Positions 12,401 through 23,412 of a stretch of DNA of 64,000 nt are shown here, piece by piece (within the stretch, counting starts at the first letter, position 1; the number at the start of each line of letters is the position of its first letter). The notes below the pieces were generated by a model. That model ran no database searches. It was not told the origin of the DNA and saw only the letters and a list, made by a program, of their open reading frames with translations. Origin of the DNA: Hemiscyllium ocellatum (taxonomy: Eukaryota); NCBI RefSeq assembly GCF_020745735.1, contig NC_083445.1, forward strand, positions 1,984,001 through 2,048,000, given 5' to 3'. The position numbers and the translations under genes are program-made.

Positions 12401-12768
12401 AAGGTTTAGGGGAGATCTGATGGAAGTGTATAAGATGACTAGGGGTTTAGATAGGGTAGATACTAAGAACCTTTTACCGCTAATGGAGTCAGGTGTTACT
12501 AGGGGACATAGCTTTAAATTAAGGGGTGGTAGGTATAGGACAGATGTTAGGGGTAGATTCTTCACACAGCGGGTTGTGAGTTCATGGAATGCCCTGCCCG
12601 TATCAGTGGTGAACTCTCCTTTTTATGGTCATTTAAGCAGGCATTGGATAGGCATTTGGAAGTTATTGGGCTAGTATAGGTTAGGTAGGATTCGGTCGGC
12701 GCAACATCGAGGGCCGAAGGGCCTGTACTGCGCTGTATCCTTCTATATGTTCTATATATGTTCTATAT
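9430..12768 (+). mobile_element. Young CR1 LINE, 5'-truncated in ORF1, ORF2 intact
   Basis: SGNH-esterase ORF1 end (VHVGTND...DGLHLN), then ORF2, then a (ttctatat)n tail; TSD atgga at 9425-9429 and 12769-12773; inserted into an older antisense CR1. Confidence 0.95.
9777..12674 (+). CDS. CR1 ORF2: APE endonuclease plus reverse transcriptase (965 aa)
   Basis: YFNARS, ITETW, GDFN, SDH (APE); GVPQGSVLGP, FADD (RT). The ORF start codon is TTG and overlaps the end of ORF1. Confidence 0.93.
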   Translation: MGGFKLTPRGHGNQDCSFRVQDLECREVRNNAVISKEGACNQKGGLKCVYFNARSIRNKVGELAAWVGTWDFDVVAITETWVEQGQEWLLHVPGFKCFSRIRHGGKKGGGVALLVKDSITAVEWTMEEDLPSEVVWAEVRNRKGEVTLLGVFYRPPNSPREVEDNIARMIQEKSEGSRVVVMGDFNFPDIDWESYSSSSLDGSVFVQCVQEGFLTQYVDRPTRGEAILDLVLGNEPGQVLDLEVGEHFGDSDHNSVTFTLVMERDNRAPQGKSYSWGQRNYDAVRHDLGCVDWKNRLQEKNTNEMWGLFKEQLLRVLDRYVPVRHGVKGLVRQPWFSKELESLVKGKKAAYVKMRREGSVGAIESYKVARKELKRELREARRGHETSLAGRIRENPKAFYRYVKNKRMTRVGIGPVKDSSGKLCVEAEEIGETLNQYFSSVFTQEQDTVADVNMKSQIIRMDALEICREEVLGILERMNIDKSPGPDGIYPRILWEAREEIAEPLAWIFMSSLSTGIVPEDWRIANVVPLFKKGSRDSPSNYRPVSLTSVVGKVLERMVRDKIYEHLGRNNVIRDSQHGFVKGRSCLTNLIEFFEKVTKEVDEGKAVDVVYMDFSKAFDKVPHGRLMLKLRRYGIEDTLEVWIRNWLAGRRQRVVVDGLCSSWSAVTSGVPQGSVLGPLLFVIFINDLEEGLESWVSKFADDTKVGGVVDSEEGSGRLQRDIDKLQSWAEMWQMEFNVAKCEVVHFGRNNKMMDYWANGRLLGSVDEQRDLGVHVHRSLKVATQVNSAVRKAYGVLGFIGRGIEFRSPEVMLQLYKTLVRPHLEYCVQFWSPYYRKDVEALERVQRRFTRMLPGMVGKSYEERLRHLGLFSLEKRRFRGDLMEVYKMTRGLDRVDTKNLLPLMESGVTRGHSFKLRGGRYRTDVRGRFFTQRVVSSWNALPVSVVNSPFYGHLSRHWIGIWKLLG

Positions 12769-13704
12769 ATGGACCCCAAGATCCCTCTGTTCTTCCATAC
12801 TGGCTAGAATCCTGCCTTTACCCCAGTATTCTGCTTTCAAATTCGACCTTCCAAAACGAATCACTTCACACTTTTCCAGGCTGAACTCCAAATGCTACTT
12901 CTCAGCCCAGCTCTGCATCCTGTCAATGTCCCATTGCAACCTACAACAGCTCTCCGCACTATGCACACTCTTCCAACCTTCGAGTCGCCAGCAAACTTCC
13001 TGACCGCTCCCCCCCCCCTTTCACTTCTTCATCCAAGTTATTTATAAAAATCACAAAGAGCAGAGGTTCCAGAACCAATCCCTGCAGCATACCACTGGTC
13101 ACTGAGCTCCAGGCTAAATACTTTCCATCAACTACTACCCTCTGTCTTCTATGGGCCAGCCAATTCTGTATCCAGACACACAGGTTTCCCTGTGTCCCGT
13201 GCCTCCTTCCTTTCTGAATGAGCCTTCAATAGGGAAACCTTATCAAATGCCCTGTTAAAATCCATAGACACCATATCCACTGCTCCACTTTCATCAATGT
13301 GTTTTGTCACATCCTCAAAGAATTCAATAAGGTTTGTGAGGCATGACTTGCCCCTCACAAAGCCACGCTGACTATCTCTCATTAAACTATGCTTTTCTAA
13401 ATAATCATAAATCCTTTCAGAAACCTCTCTAATAATTTGACCACGACCGATATGAGACTGTATGGTTTGTAATTCCCAGGATTATACCTATTTCCTTTCT
13501 TGAACAAGGGAATAACATTTACCACCCTTCAATCATCTGGTACTGCTCCTGTGGACAGTGAGGATGCAAAGATCATCGCCAAAGGCGCTGCAATCTCTTC
13601 CCTCACTTCCTGTAGTAATCTTAGGGAGGTCCTGTCTGGCCCAGTGGATTTATCTATCTTTATATTTTTCAAAGTTTTCAGCACATCCTTTTTAAAATCT
13701 GATT

Positions 13705-14040
13705 GAAGATTTGTAGCTCGGGTATCCGTTGTTGTGGTTCTGCTCGCCGAGCTGGAAGTTTTTGCTGCAAACGTTTCGTTCCCTGGCTAGGGAACATCAT
13801 CAGTGCTGTTGGAGCCTCGTGTGAAGCGCTGCTTTGATGTTTCTTCCTGTATTTATATTGGTTTGTTCTTGCCGCTTCCGGGTGTCAGTTTCAGCTGCAG
13901 TGATTTGTATGTGGGGTCCAGGTCGATGTGTCTGTTGATGGATGTTCTTGCCATTTCCGGGTGTCAGTTTCAGCTGTAGTGGTTTGTATATGGTGTCCAG
14001 GTCAATGTGTCTGTTGATGGAGTTTGGGGATGAATGCCAA
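13705..14040 (-). mobile_element. Poseidon-type Penelope pLTR fragment with a partial tandem repeat
   Basis: Similar to 44790-45050; the end of GIY-YIG (INKHIDLDPIY-like) is repeated twice. Confidence 0.8.
13770..13806 (-). ncRNA. Minimal type I hammerhead ribozyme motif
   Basis: Minus strand reads GCA CUGAUGA U GUUCCCU agcc AGGGAAC GAAAC GUU UGC: full catalytic core, perfect 7-bp helix II, 3-bp helix I, loopless palindromic helix III. Confidence 0.75.
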
Positions 14041-15829
14041 GACTCCCTCCACTATCCCTGATCAGCCCCACTCTCACTCTGGCCATCCTCTTGTTCCTCA
14101 CATAAATGTAGAATGCCTTGGTGTTATCCTTAATCCTACCTGCTAAAATGTTTTCACGCCCCCTTCTAGCTCTCCTAAGTCCATTCATCAGTTCCTTCCT
14201 GGCTACCTTGTAAACCTCCAGAGCCCTGTCTGATCCTTTCTTCCTCAACCTTGTCAGCTCCCTTCTGCCTCTTGATTTGATGTTCAAAATCTCTTGTCAT
14301 CCAAGGTTCCTTCATCCTACCATCTCTTCCTTGCCTCAGTGGGACAAACCAATCCAGTTCTATCAGCAAGTGCTCCCTAAACAACTTCCACATTTCTGTC
14401 ACACATTTCCCTGAGAATCTGTTCCCAATTTAGGCCCCGCAGTTCCCACTAGTAGCATTGCAATTCCCCCTCCCCAATTAAATACTTTCCCAACGGCCTG
14501 CTCCTACCTCTCTCCCTGAGTACAGTAAAGGTCAGGGAGTTGTGATGACTATCACAGAAATGCTCTCCCACTGAGTGATCTGACACCTGACCTGCTTTAT
14601 TGCCAAGCACCAAATCCAATATGGGCTCCCCTGTAATTGGCCTAGCTACATTTTGAGTCAGGACACACCGAATAAAGTCTGCTCCATCTAAACAATTTGA
14701 GCCAAGGAGATTCCAATCAATGTTAGGGAAGTTGAAGTCACCCATGACAACAACCCTGTTACTTCTGCACCTTTCCAAAATCTGCCTCCAGATCCACTCC
14801 TCCCTGTCCCTGTTGCTATTGGGGGGTTTGTAGAAACTCCCAATTCAGTCAGTGACTGCTCTTTTCCTGTTTCTGACTTCCACTCATACTGACTCTGGAG
14901 ACAAACTCTCCTCAATGCCCTCCCTTTCTGCAGCTGTGATACTATCCCTGATTAGCAATGCCACTTCCCCACCTCTTTGACCTGCCTCTCTATTCCTTTT
15001 GAAATATCTAAACCCTAGAACATCCAGCAACCATTTCTGCCCCTGTGATATCCAAGTCTCCATAATGGCCACAACATTGTAGCTCCAAGTATGAATCCAT
15101 GGTCTAAGTTTATCATCATAATTCCTGATACGTCTTGTATTAAATTAGACACGTCAACCCATCACACTGACTAAAACTTTGCCCTATCAACCATCTATCC
15201 TTTCTCACAGACTCTCTGCATGCTATATATGCCTGTTCACCAGCTACCTCATCCTCTGATCCATAACTCCAGTTGTCATCCTTCTGCCAATCTAGTTAAG
15301 CCCTCCCCAAGAGCTCTAGCAAATCTCCTGCCAAGGATACTGATGCCCCTTCAGTTCAGGTGCAACTCATCCTCATTGTACAGATCCCGCCTTCCCCAGA
15401 AGGTATCACAATGTTCCAAATATCTGAAGCCCTCCCTCCTACACCAGCCCTGCATGCACATGTTCATCTGCACTCGCTCTCTGTTCCTAGCCTCACTAGC
15501 CTGTGGCACTAGTAACAAATCTGAGATTACTACTCTGCTCATCCTGCCTTTTAGCTTCCAATCGAACTCCCTGTGTTCACTTTTCAGGTCCTCATCCCTT
15601 TTCCGAGCTATGTCACTGGTATGGATGTGTACCATGACCTCTAGCTGCTCAACCTCCCCTTAAAGAAGGATATTCTAGACAGATGCAAGTAAAGATCAGA
15701 GTGAAGATAAATCAGGAGTGCATCAGCCTGTACTGCTCAGAGTGACTGACATACACAAAACAGACTTAATATTTGAAAAGTAGCAAGAATTAATGTAAAA
15801 ATAAAATAGGTGAGCAGTTTTGTGGTTTT

Positions 15830-16180
15830 GAATTGAGGTGCTGGCCTAAACATATTATGCCTGGACCGTTAATCCAGAGATCTAGATAATATTCCCATGA
15901 CCTGGGTTTGAATCCTGCCAAAGTGGAATCTGAATTCAACAAAAAAAGAATCTGGAATTAACAGCCTAATGATGACCATGAATCCATTGCTGATTGGTGT
16001 AAAAACTCATCTGGTTCACTAATGTCCTTCAGGGAAGGAAACTGCCATCCTTACCTTGTCTGGCCCAGGTGTGACTCCAAACCGAGAGCAACGTGGTTGA
16101 TTTTGAACTGCCCTCTGGGCAATTAGGGATGGGTAATAAATGCTGTCCAGCTTGTAATGCCCTTATCCTATGAATGAATT
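15830..16180 (+). mobile_element. Deu-domain SINE (SacSINE1-like)
   Basis: catctggttcactaatgtccttcagggaaggaaactgccatccttacc...gtgactcca...ctgccctctgggcaattagggatgggtaataaatgctg. Family assignment from recalled consensus. Confidence 0.72.
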
Positions 16181-16422
16181 GTCAAAAATACTGAGACAAA
16201 TTTACCAATCACACACCGTGATTGGCATGACCAGTTCACTCTCAAAGTGCACTATGGCCTCCTGCAGATGACTCCAGTTTTTTGACTATGAGTGAATGTG
16301 ATAAATTCCTGGAGTGGTGTATTGTCCAATACCTACACTAGTCAGTTTCCTACTCTGTCCATTAAAAACTGAAACACACTGCAGCAAATTAAAATGAAGT
16401 GAATTTCTTGTCTGTATTACAG

Positions 16423-16716
16423 CTTTCATGGATCAGCCGAGAATCCTGGACAAAAGACCCAAAGAAGTGAAGCGAGAAGTCACATTAACATGTGAGGTCT
16501 CAAATGTCTATCCTGCTGAGAAGATGAGAGTAAGATGGTTTCAGGATGGTGTGGAACTGAACTCAAATACCACAAGGCCAAATTCCAACACTGTCCGAAT
16601 AACAGCAGCATGGACACCACAGGAATCTGGTCTGATGGAAATCGTCTGTATGGCCAATTTTGAGAAATATCTATCAATTCCCTCAAAGAATGATAGTGCT
16701 TTCATTGAGGTGTATG
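16423..16716 (+). CDS. Gene A, Ig domain 3 exon
   Basis: tctgtattacag|CTTTCATG...GTGTATG|gtaag; 294 nt, phase 1-1, open. Protein FMDQPRI...LTCEVSNVYPAEKMRVRWFQDG...IVCMANF...IEVY. Confidence 0.88.
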
Positions 16717-17478
16717 GTAAGAATTCTGGTTGTGGGAGAGTTTAAAATCAGACAATATTCTGATAGTTCATCACTGTCAACAATACAGCATTTCCACCAC
16801 TTTCAGCAATAAAATCCTTTTTATTGAGTGACAAATTGGGAAGCTTGTGGAAATGTTTATATACACTGACACTTGGTTGAGTAAAGCATAAACATTGGCT
16901 AATTAGTTGGAATGGTCTGTTTCTGTGCCACATCTTCTATATGACCCTCTGTCAATGAAAAGCATTCTGACAAAGTCTTAATGACTCGAGGTTCTCCAAG
17001 ATCCTGAGACAATGTGATTGACATTGTAGGCGCTGCTCATAGGTGAGTGTTACTCACACTTAGTATTCCAGGATCACAAGAGAATGTTTAAATGTTTAAA
17101 CAACCAATGTACCCTAAAAGCTACAAGAGTGCAAAAACATACACCAATCTGGAATATACCGTGTGGGAAGAAACAGACCGTAATAAATAAATCTGTATTT
17201 AAATATATGCAGATTTCAGGATTCTAGAAACAGAAATGAGCAGAATACATTTTTGATGAGTTTCGGTCAGGAATGAATGTTGACTAAGATACTGCAAACA
17301 CTGAAGGAACATAGAAGGATGGTGTAGGGGTTTGTACATCTCCCTGATACAGCAATGAAGCAGGGGATGAGCAATAAGCACGAAATGCAGCCTGCCTTTG
17401 TTTCATTGTTATTAACCCCACACTGAGGGACTGCAAGGTACAACAATGTTTCTAACAGTATCTTTCTATTATTTTTAG

Positions 17479-17766
17479 CTTTCTCTTCCCCTGAAATCCA
17501 AGTACCAACCACCCAGGAAGGAAATCTGGTTAATATTACGTGCCGTGTGTTGAATGTCTCAGGGGATCTTGAACTCAGACTGAAGAAAGGAAATGACACA
17601 TTAGTGACTGGATCAAGCAGTACTGGGCTCACTATCTCTCATACAGTAGAGGCTGAAGCTAAGTTGGATGGTCAGCAGTATATCTGTGAAGCTGAACTGA
17701 AACTTCAAGATCACTCAATGACGAGCCCTGTTATTAAACAACACATTGGAACCCTCCATGTCCTGT
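17479..17766 (+). CDS. Gene A, Ig domain 4 exon
   Basis: atttttag|CTTTCTCT...GTCCTGT|gtaagt; 288 nt, phase 1-1, open. Protein FSSPEIQVPTTQEGNLVNITCRV...LKKGNDTL...YICEAELKL...TLHVL. Confidence 0.88.
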
Positions 17767-19361
17767 GTAAGTAGGGCTGGAGTATTGCTGAGCCAATGGT
17801 GTGTAGAATTCTATAGGATGCATTTAAGAATTTAAGAATTCAAAGTTTGGGAGAAGATTTGTAGCTCGGGTGCTCGTTGTTGTGGTTCTGTTCGCCGAGC
17901 TGGGAATTTGTGTTAAAGTCAGTGGGATTTTTTTTCCAAATGGAAACAATGAAATCTTCATCCCAACTTTCCTCTTAGTCTGAACCAATCTGAACTGGTC
18001 TCCTCACACAGGGACTGCCCTGCAGCAGCTCCTTTCTCACTGAGACCAAAGGGATACAGATCCTGGGGTCAGGACATGTGAGGACACTGTCCATTATTAC
18101 CCCGGTGCATTGTGCCACAGAGTGCAATCATGGGAGTGTGTGTTTCCCCTTCAAATAATTTTCCAACTCTCCTGTGAAAGACACTAGTGCATCTGCGTCC
18201 ACTACTCATGCTAGAAAACAATCAACTGCTTTCTTTAAAAAAGCAGTCACATCACATTTGTTCCTTTTCTAATCACCTTAAATCTGTGTCTCATGATTAT
18301 CAAACCTTTTGCCACTAAAAACTCCTCTTTATTTATCTACAATTGGTTCATTATCTTGAACATGACTATCAGAACATTCTCTTGACCCTCACTGCCTGAT
18401 TGGCAGAATCCGAACTTTTCCATTCTTTCCACATAAGGGAAGCCGCTCATCCCTTGTCCCATTTTAATGACTCTCTTCTGCATCAACCACTAGGCTATCA
18501 CTTCCTTCCTAAAGTGTAACCATGGAGGTGGGTGCTCTTGACTACATCTCACAACATGTGACCCATCATCGTTGCTGGTTCCTAGCAGATGATGACAATT
18601 CTCTTCACCTCCCAGGGAGGTGGTGACCTGGGGAAGGGATGGGTGGGGTATTAGTGTGGCAGCGCACTGCTTTTGATGTTGTGGCCTGGCTTCCATTTTC
18701 TCCCAATACAAGGCTGGAGATGCTCAATACCTTTCTGGATGCTCTTCCTCCTCTTTTGATGGTCTTTGACCATTGACTTCCATTTGGTCCTGGAGCAGGT
18801 GAAGGGTAGTGACAAACTTCATGGTACAACCAAAGCAGAAAAGGACCCTGCAAATGCTTCCCAGTTGACAGTGTCAAAGGCCTTTGTAAGGTCGAAGGCG
18901 GCCATGTCCAGGGGAGGTTCTTGTCTCTGCATTTCTCCTGCAACTGTCGCACGGTGTAAACCATGTCCATTGTGCCCCTCCGTGGCTGAAAACCACACTG
19001 TGACTCCGGGAGGAGTTCCTCAGCCATAGGGAGGAAATCCTTGTGGAGGACCTTGGCATTAACAGCAGGGAGATTCCTCTGTAGTTACCACATTTGGATT
19101 TGTTCCCTTTTTGAAAGTGATCAGAACTATGGCATCTCAGAGCTATCCTGGGATGCTCTCCTCATTCCAGATAAGGCAGACAAAGGTGTGGAAATTCAAC
19201 AGTAGATCTTTGCCTCTGCACTTCAATACCTTAGTGGGTGTACTGTCTCCTCTAACTGTCTGGATGTTCTTAAGATTGAGGACAGTCTTCTCTATTTCAT
19301 GCAGGACTGGGGTATTGCTGAGCCAATGGTGTGTAGAATGCTATAGGATGCATTTAAGAAT

Positions 19362-19723
19362 TCAAAGTTTGGGAGAAGATTTGTAGCTCGGGTGCTCGTT
19401 GTTGTGGTTCTGTTCGCCGAGCTGGGAATTTGTGTTACAAATGTTTTATCCCCTGTCCAGGTGACATCCTCAGTGCTTGGGAGCCTCCTGTGAAGCGCTT
19501 CTGTGATGTTTCCTCCGGCATTTGTAGTGGTTTGTCTCTACCACTTCCGGTTGTCAGTTCCGGAACTGATAACCGGAAGTGGCATAGACAAACCACTATA
19601 AATGCCGGAGGAAACATCACAGAAGCACTTCACAGGAGGCTGCCAAGCACTGAGGATGTCACCTGGACAGGGGATGAAACGTTTGTAACACAAATTCCCA
19701 GCTTGGCGAACAGAACTACAACA
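19362..19723. mobile_element. Fold-back Penelope-derived element
   Basis: 162-bp arms 19400-19561 and 19562-19723 with no spacer; TSD gcatttaagaat (19350-19361, 19724-19735). Confidence 0.88.
19647..19686 (+). ncRNA. Minimal hammerhead ribozyme motif (right arm of palindrome)
   Basis: GCA CUGAGGA U GUCACCU ggac AGGGGAU GAAAC GUU UGU. The left-arm copy has GAAA>AAAA. Confidence 0.55.
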
Positions 19724-21464
19724 GCATTTAAGAATGCTCAGATCAATGCCAGAGCCCTGCGTGAGGTCTCTGATGGTTTCTTTATCTTTGATAAGAGCCA
19801 CTCTGTCCTTGGCCAGCAGTGGAGTGGGGCCTAGGCTGTTTGGTTGTATGTCATCTTGACAACACAGAAGAAACCCATCACACCATGGCTGTCAGCCATT
19901 TGTTGGATCTCCAGTGTTTCTCCACCTGTTTTTTATGTTGTGGGTTTGGTTTTGTTCCTCAGCCTTCAGCGCCTGTAAACCTGCCTTTCCATTTTTGAGG
20001 ATACAGTTTTTGTTTTACACTCAGAAATGCCTTGTGCTTCCAGCTTGGTAGTTCCTTAATCTCCAGATCATTCTCATCAAACCAGTCCTGGTGTTTCCTG
20101 GTGGATTGGCTGGCTGGCATTTTGCAGGCAGTGATAATGGCAGTCTTAAGGGTGGACCAGAGACTGTTGGGATGCCCTGACATGGTATCGCTGAGACTCG
20201 CTAGGTTTGTGGAGACGAGTTGATTGTATGAGGCTATTTTCTCCTGGTCTTTAGGTGCCTCAATGTTGAATGTTCTTTGGCATTGCTTCTGAGGTCTCCT
20301 CTGATACAGGTCTGGAAGTATGTTGATCCTGGTTCGGATCAGGTGGTGGTCCATCCAGCAGTCGCTGGCTGTGATCATGGCATGTGTGATTCTCACATCT
20401 TTTTGATTCCTCATCTGACAACGACATAGTCAAGGAGGCAGGGGTGTTTGGAGAGGGGGTGTTATCACGTTGTCTTGTACTTGTCCCTTTGGTGGAACAG
20501 TGTGTTGGTGATGAGGAGGTTGTGTTCTCAGCATTTGATCAGGAAAAGGGTGCCATTGGAGTTTTGCATCCCTGCTCCCCCTTTCCTGATCACATTGTCC
20601 CAGAGCTCTGCACTTTTGCTGACTCTGGCACTGCAGTCACCAAGGTTGATAAGTTTGTCTGCTGCAGGGACCCGTGAGAGAGATTGGTCAAGGTTGGAGT
20701 AGAATTTCTCCTTGTTCTCATCTGCTGCATTGAGATTTGGTGTATATGCACTGCCTATCCTGACATACTAATTCCCATCAAGGGGGAGTCAAAGTGTCAT
20801 GAGACATTAATTTATTCCGAAGGAGGAGCCTTTCAGTTGATGCACCAGTTCATTTTTGATGGTGAAGCCGACTCCAGGATGGCAACTTTTCTTCAGCCTT
20901 GCCTTTCCAGAAGGTCTAGTCACTACCTTTGTCCCTGAGCTGTCCTTCCCCTGCCGACCAGGTTTCACTCAGGGTGGTGATGTCAGGATCATAACTCCTG
21001 AGCAATGGTGGTGGTGTGGTGTTCCGGTCGATCAATGTCCTGACATTCCAGGTTCTAAACATCATCCTGACAGTGTGGAAGGTGCCTGTGCAATAACTCT
21101 TTTCATGTGGGGAAACTGTTGCATTCTGGTTATCAATTTGGCTTAGCAGCACAAGTTCTTTGTGCTGAGGTGAGGGAAGTCCAAGACAACTGTAATCTAA
21201 TTGAAATGTATGTAATTTAAAAGAAGTTCTGGGATTTATATATCAAAGAACAGAAACCAGCATATCCCATTCTAAAAGATCAAAGATTTAATCTAAAACT
21301 GTTTAATTATCACATATCTGTAACACTGAACTCCTTTGGCTATAAATTCTGTGATCATGATCTTATTCTCCACAATCACTTGATAAAAGAACCACGCTCC
21401 AATATCTAGTGCTTCCAAGTAAACTTGTTGGACTATAACCTGGTGTTGTGTGATTTTTAACCTT

Positions 21465-21656
21465 CGAGGAGAAAGTGAAGTCTGCAGTTGCTGGAGATCA
21501 GAGCTGAAAATGTGTTGCTGGAAAATCGCAGCAGGTCAGGCAGCATCCAAGGAACATGAGATTCGACGTTTCGGGCATAAGCCCTTCTTCATTCCTGAAG
21601 GAGGGCTTATGCCCGAAACGTCGAATCTCCTGTCCCTTGGATGCTGCCTGACCTGC
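21465..21656. mobile_element. Short palindromic Penelope-derived element nested in another Penelope-derived repeat (about 21180-21710)
   Basis: Palindrome about 21531-21657 centred on ttcattcctgaa; TSD tgatttttaacctt (21451-21464, 21657-21670). Confidence 0.85.
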
Positions 21657-22699
21657 TGATTTTTAACCTTGTCCACCCCAGTCCAACATCGGCACCTCCA
21701 AGTCATGTATTCCATTTAGCACAGTAATGGAGCCCACAACACGATGAAGGGTATCCTCAATGTGAAAACAGCATTTTGTCTCTGCAAGGACTGTGTGGTG
21801 ATCATGCCTACTGTCTTGGATAGACTGATCTGCAGCTGGTAAATTGGTGGGGATGAGGTCAAGTTTGCTTGTCCCTCTCATTGGTTTTTCTCTTGACCTA
21901 CCACAGATCCAGTCTCGCAACAATGTCCTTCAGGACTTGAACAGCTCAGTCAGTGGTGATGCTGCTGAATCACCCTAGGCAATGGACATTGAAGTGTCCC
22001 ACCCAGAGTATATTCTGCACCCACAGTATATTCTGCACCCAGCTAACCTCAGTGCTTCCTCTAAATGATGTCCATGATGGAGGAGTACAAATTCAGAACA
22101 GGAGGTGATTATGGTCATCAGCAGGAGGTTTCCTTGTCCATGTTTGACCAAATGTTATGTCACTTTCTGGGGTCCAGAGTCAATGTTGAAGCCTCCCAGG
22201 ACAACTTGTTGCTAACTGTATACCACTATGCCACTGCCTCTGTCACCCCTCTGCCTACTTCAGCCTTGTAAATAACCCTGACATTGTCCTCCTCACAGTT
22301 TACAATGCTTTTGTGACATGAACGCATTTTGGAATTGTCCCTTACACGAGATCTAGAACATTTACAACAATAAAATTAGAGGTATTTATACCACACTTTG
22401 GGGAACTCTACCACAAGCCTTCCAGCCTGAAAAGTACTCATTAACTGTTACGCTCCATTTCATGTCACTCAGCCAAGTTTGTATCCTCATTGATATAGTC
22501 CCTTTTATTCCATGACCTATCACTTTCCTCAAACATCTGTTGTGTGGTACAGTATCAATCACCTTTTGGAACCCTATACACCACATCAACAGCCTAGTCC
22601 TCATCAACCATTTCTATTAGAGGCTTTAAACTACTCCAAGTTACTTAGACACACTTTCCCTTCATTTTGTTGTTGATGTTATTGTGTCAACATTGTCTA

Positions 22700-22890
22700 A
22701 CCAGACCAAAGGGCTACTCTCCCCTTAGAGAGAGATGACTCATGGTGATATACCTTGAGGATCATCTTGCCTCAGATGAGGGGAGATTCTGAAAAGGAGA
22801 ATCTTTCATAGTAACCAAAGCTAGTGATGGGAATTGAACCCAGACTGTTGGTATCACACTGCTTCACAAACCAACCATCCAGCCAACAGA
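22700..22890 (-). mobile_element. tRNA-derived SINE fragment
   Basis: Minus strand ctgggttcaattccc B-box with upstream gttggctggatggttgg head. Confidence 0.55.
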
Positions 22891-23351
22891 TTTAAAGTAA
22901 CTCTTTAAAAAAAACCTTGCAGATTCTTCCACATCTACAAAGTATTTCCATGTAATGATTAATTGTTTTAGCAGCAATTGTTTCGCATTGCCAAAGTTTA
23001 ACTGATGAGTCTGTAATTGCTGGTTCAATCTTTACAATCTTTTTGAAGAAGTCATGATTTGGAAATGCCGGTGTTGGACTGGGTTGTACAAAGTTAGAAG
23101 TCACACAACACCAGGTTACAGTCCAACAGGTTTAATTGGAAGCACACTAGCTTTTGGAGCGTCACTCCTTCATCAGGTGATAGTGGAGAGCTCAATTCTA
23201 ACACACAGAATTTATAGCAAAAAATTGCAGTGCGATGTAACTGAAATTATACATTGAAACACTGATTGTCTGTTAAGCCTTTCATCTGTTAGAATACAGT
23301 GATAGTTTCACTTCTTTCATATGTAAATCACAAAACCGTTTTTTTAAAAAC

Positions 23352-23412
23352 GGTGTGTGTGAGAGCATGTGTGTGTGTGTGTGTGTGTGTGTAGGAGTAT
23401 CTGTGTGTGTAT
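23352..23412 (+). repeat. (TG)n microsatellite
   Basis: Direct read; part of the Penelope 3' UTR. Confidence 0.9.

Larger units (their letters stand above)
8770..15660 (-). mobile_element. Old degenerate CR1 LINE (antisense), interrupted by the young CR1 (9430-12768) and a Penelope fragment (13705-14040)
   Basis: gaacatagaac tail at about 8770; broken RT/APE ORFs (13149-13382, 14449-14778, 14884-15072) and an ORF1 esterase remnant (15351-15635). Confidence 0.85.
18490..21150 (-). mobile_element. RTE-clade LINE fragment (APE to RT start)
   Basis: WNVRTL...LSETW..GEGQL, DCWMDHHLIR, GNYRGISLL, AEELLPESQCGF...TMDMVYTVRQLQEKC; many stops. Confidence 0.82.

Noticed and set aside
9767-12565. Antisense ORFs over CR1 ORF2 (e.g. 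9767-10216, 11465-11986; equivalents at 30784, 32521, 60863)
   Set aside because: Shadow frames of the RT/APE coding strand. They recur only because the elements are homologous.
13705-19723. Inverted Penelope copies flanking D3-D4 as drivers of exon skipping or circRNA
   Set aside because: They are only about 75% similar, and the downstream copy would preferentially pair with its own adjacent arm.
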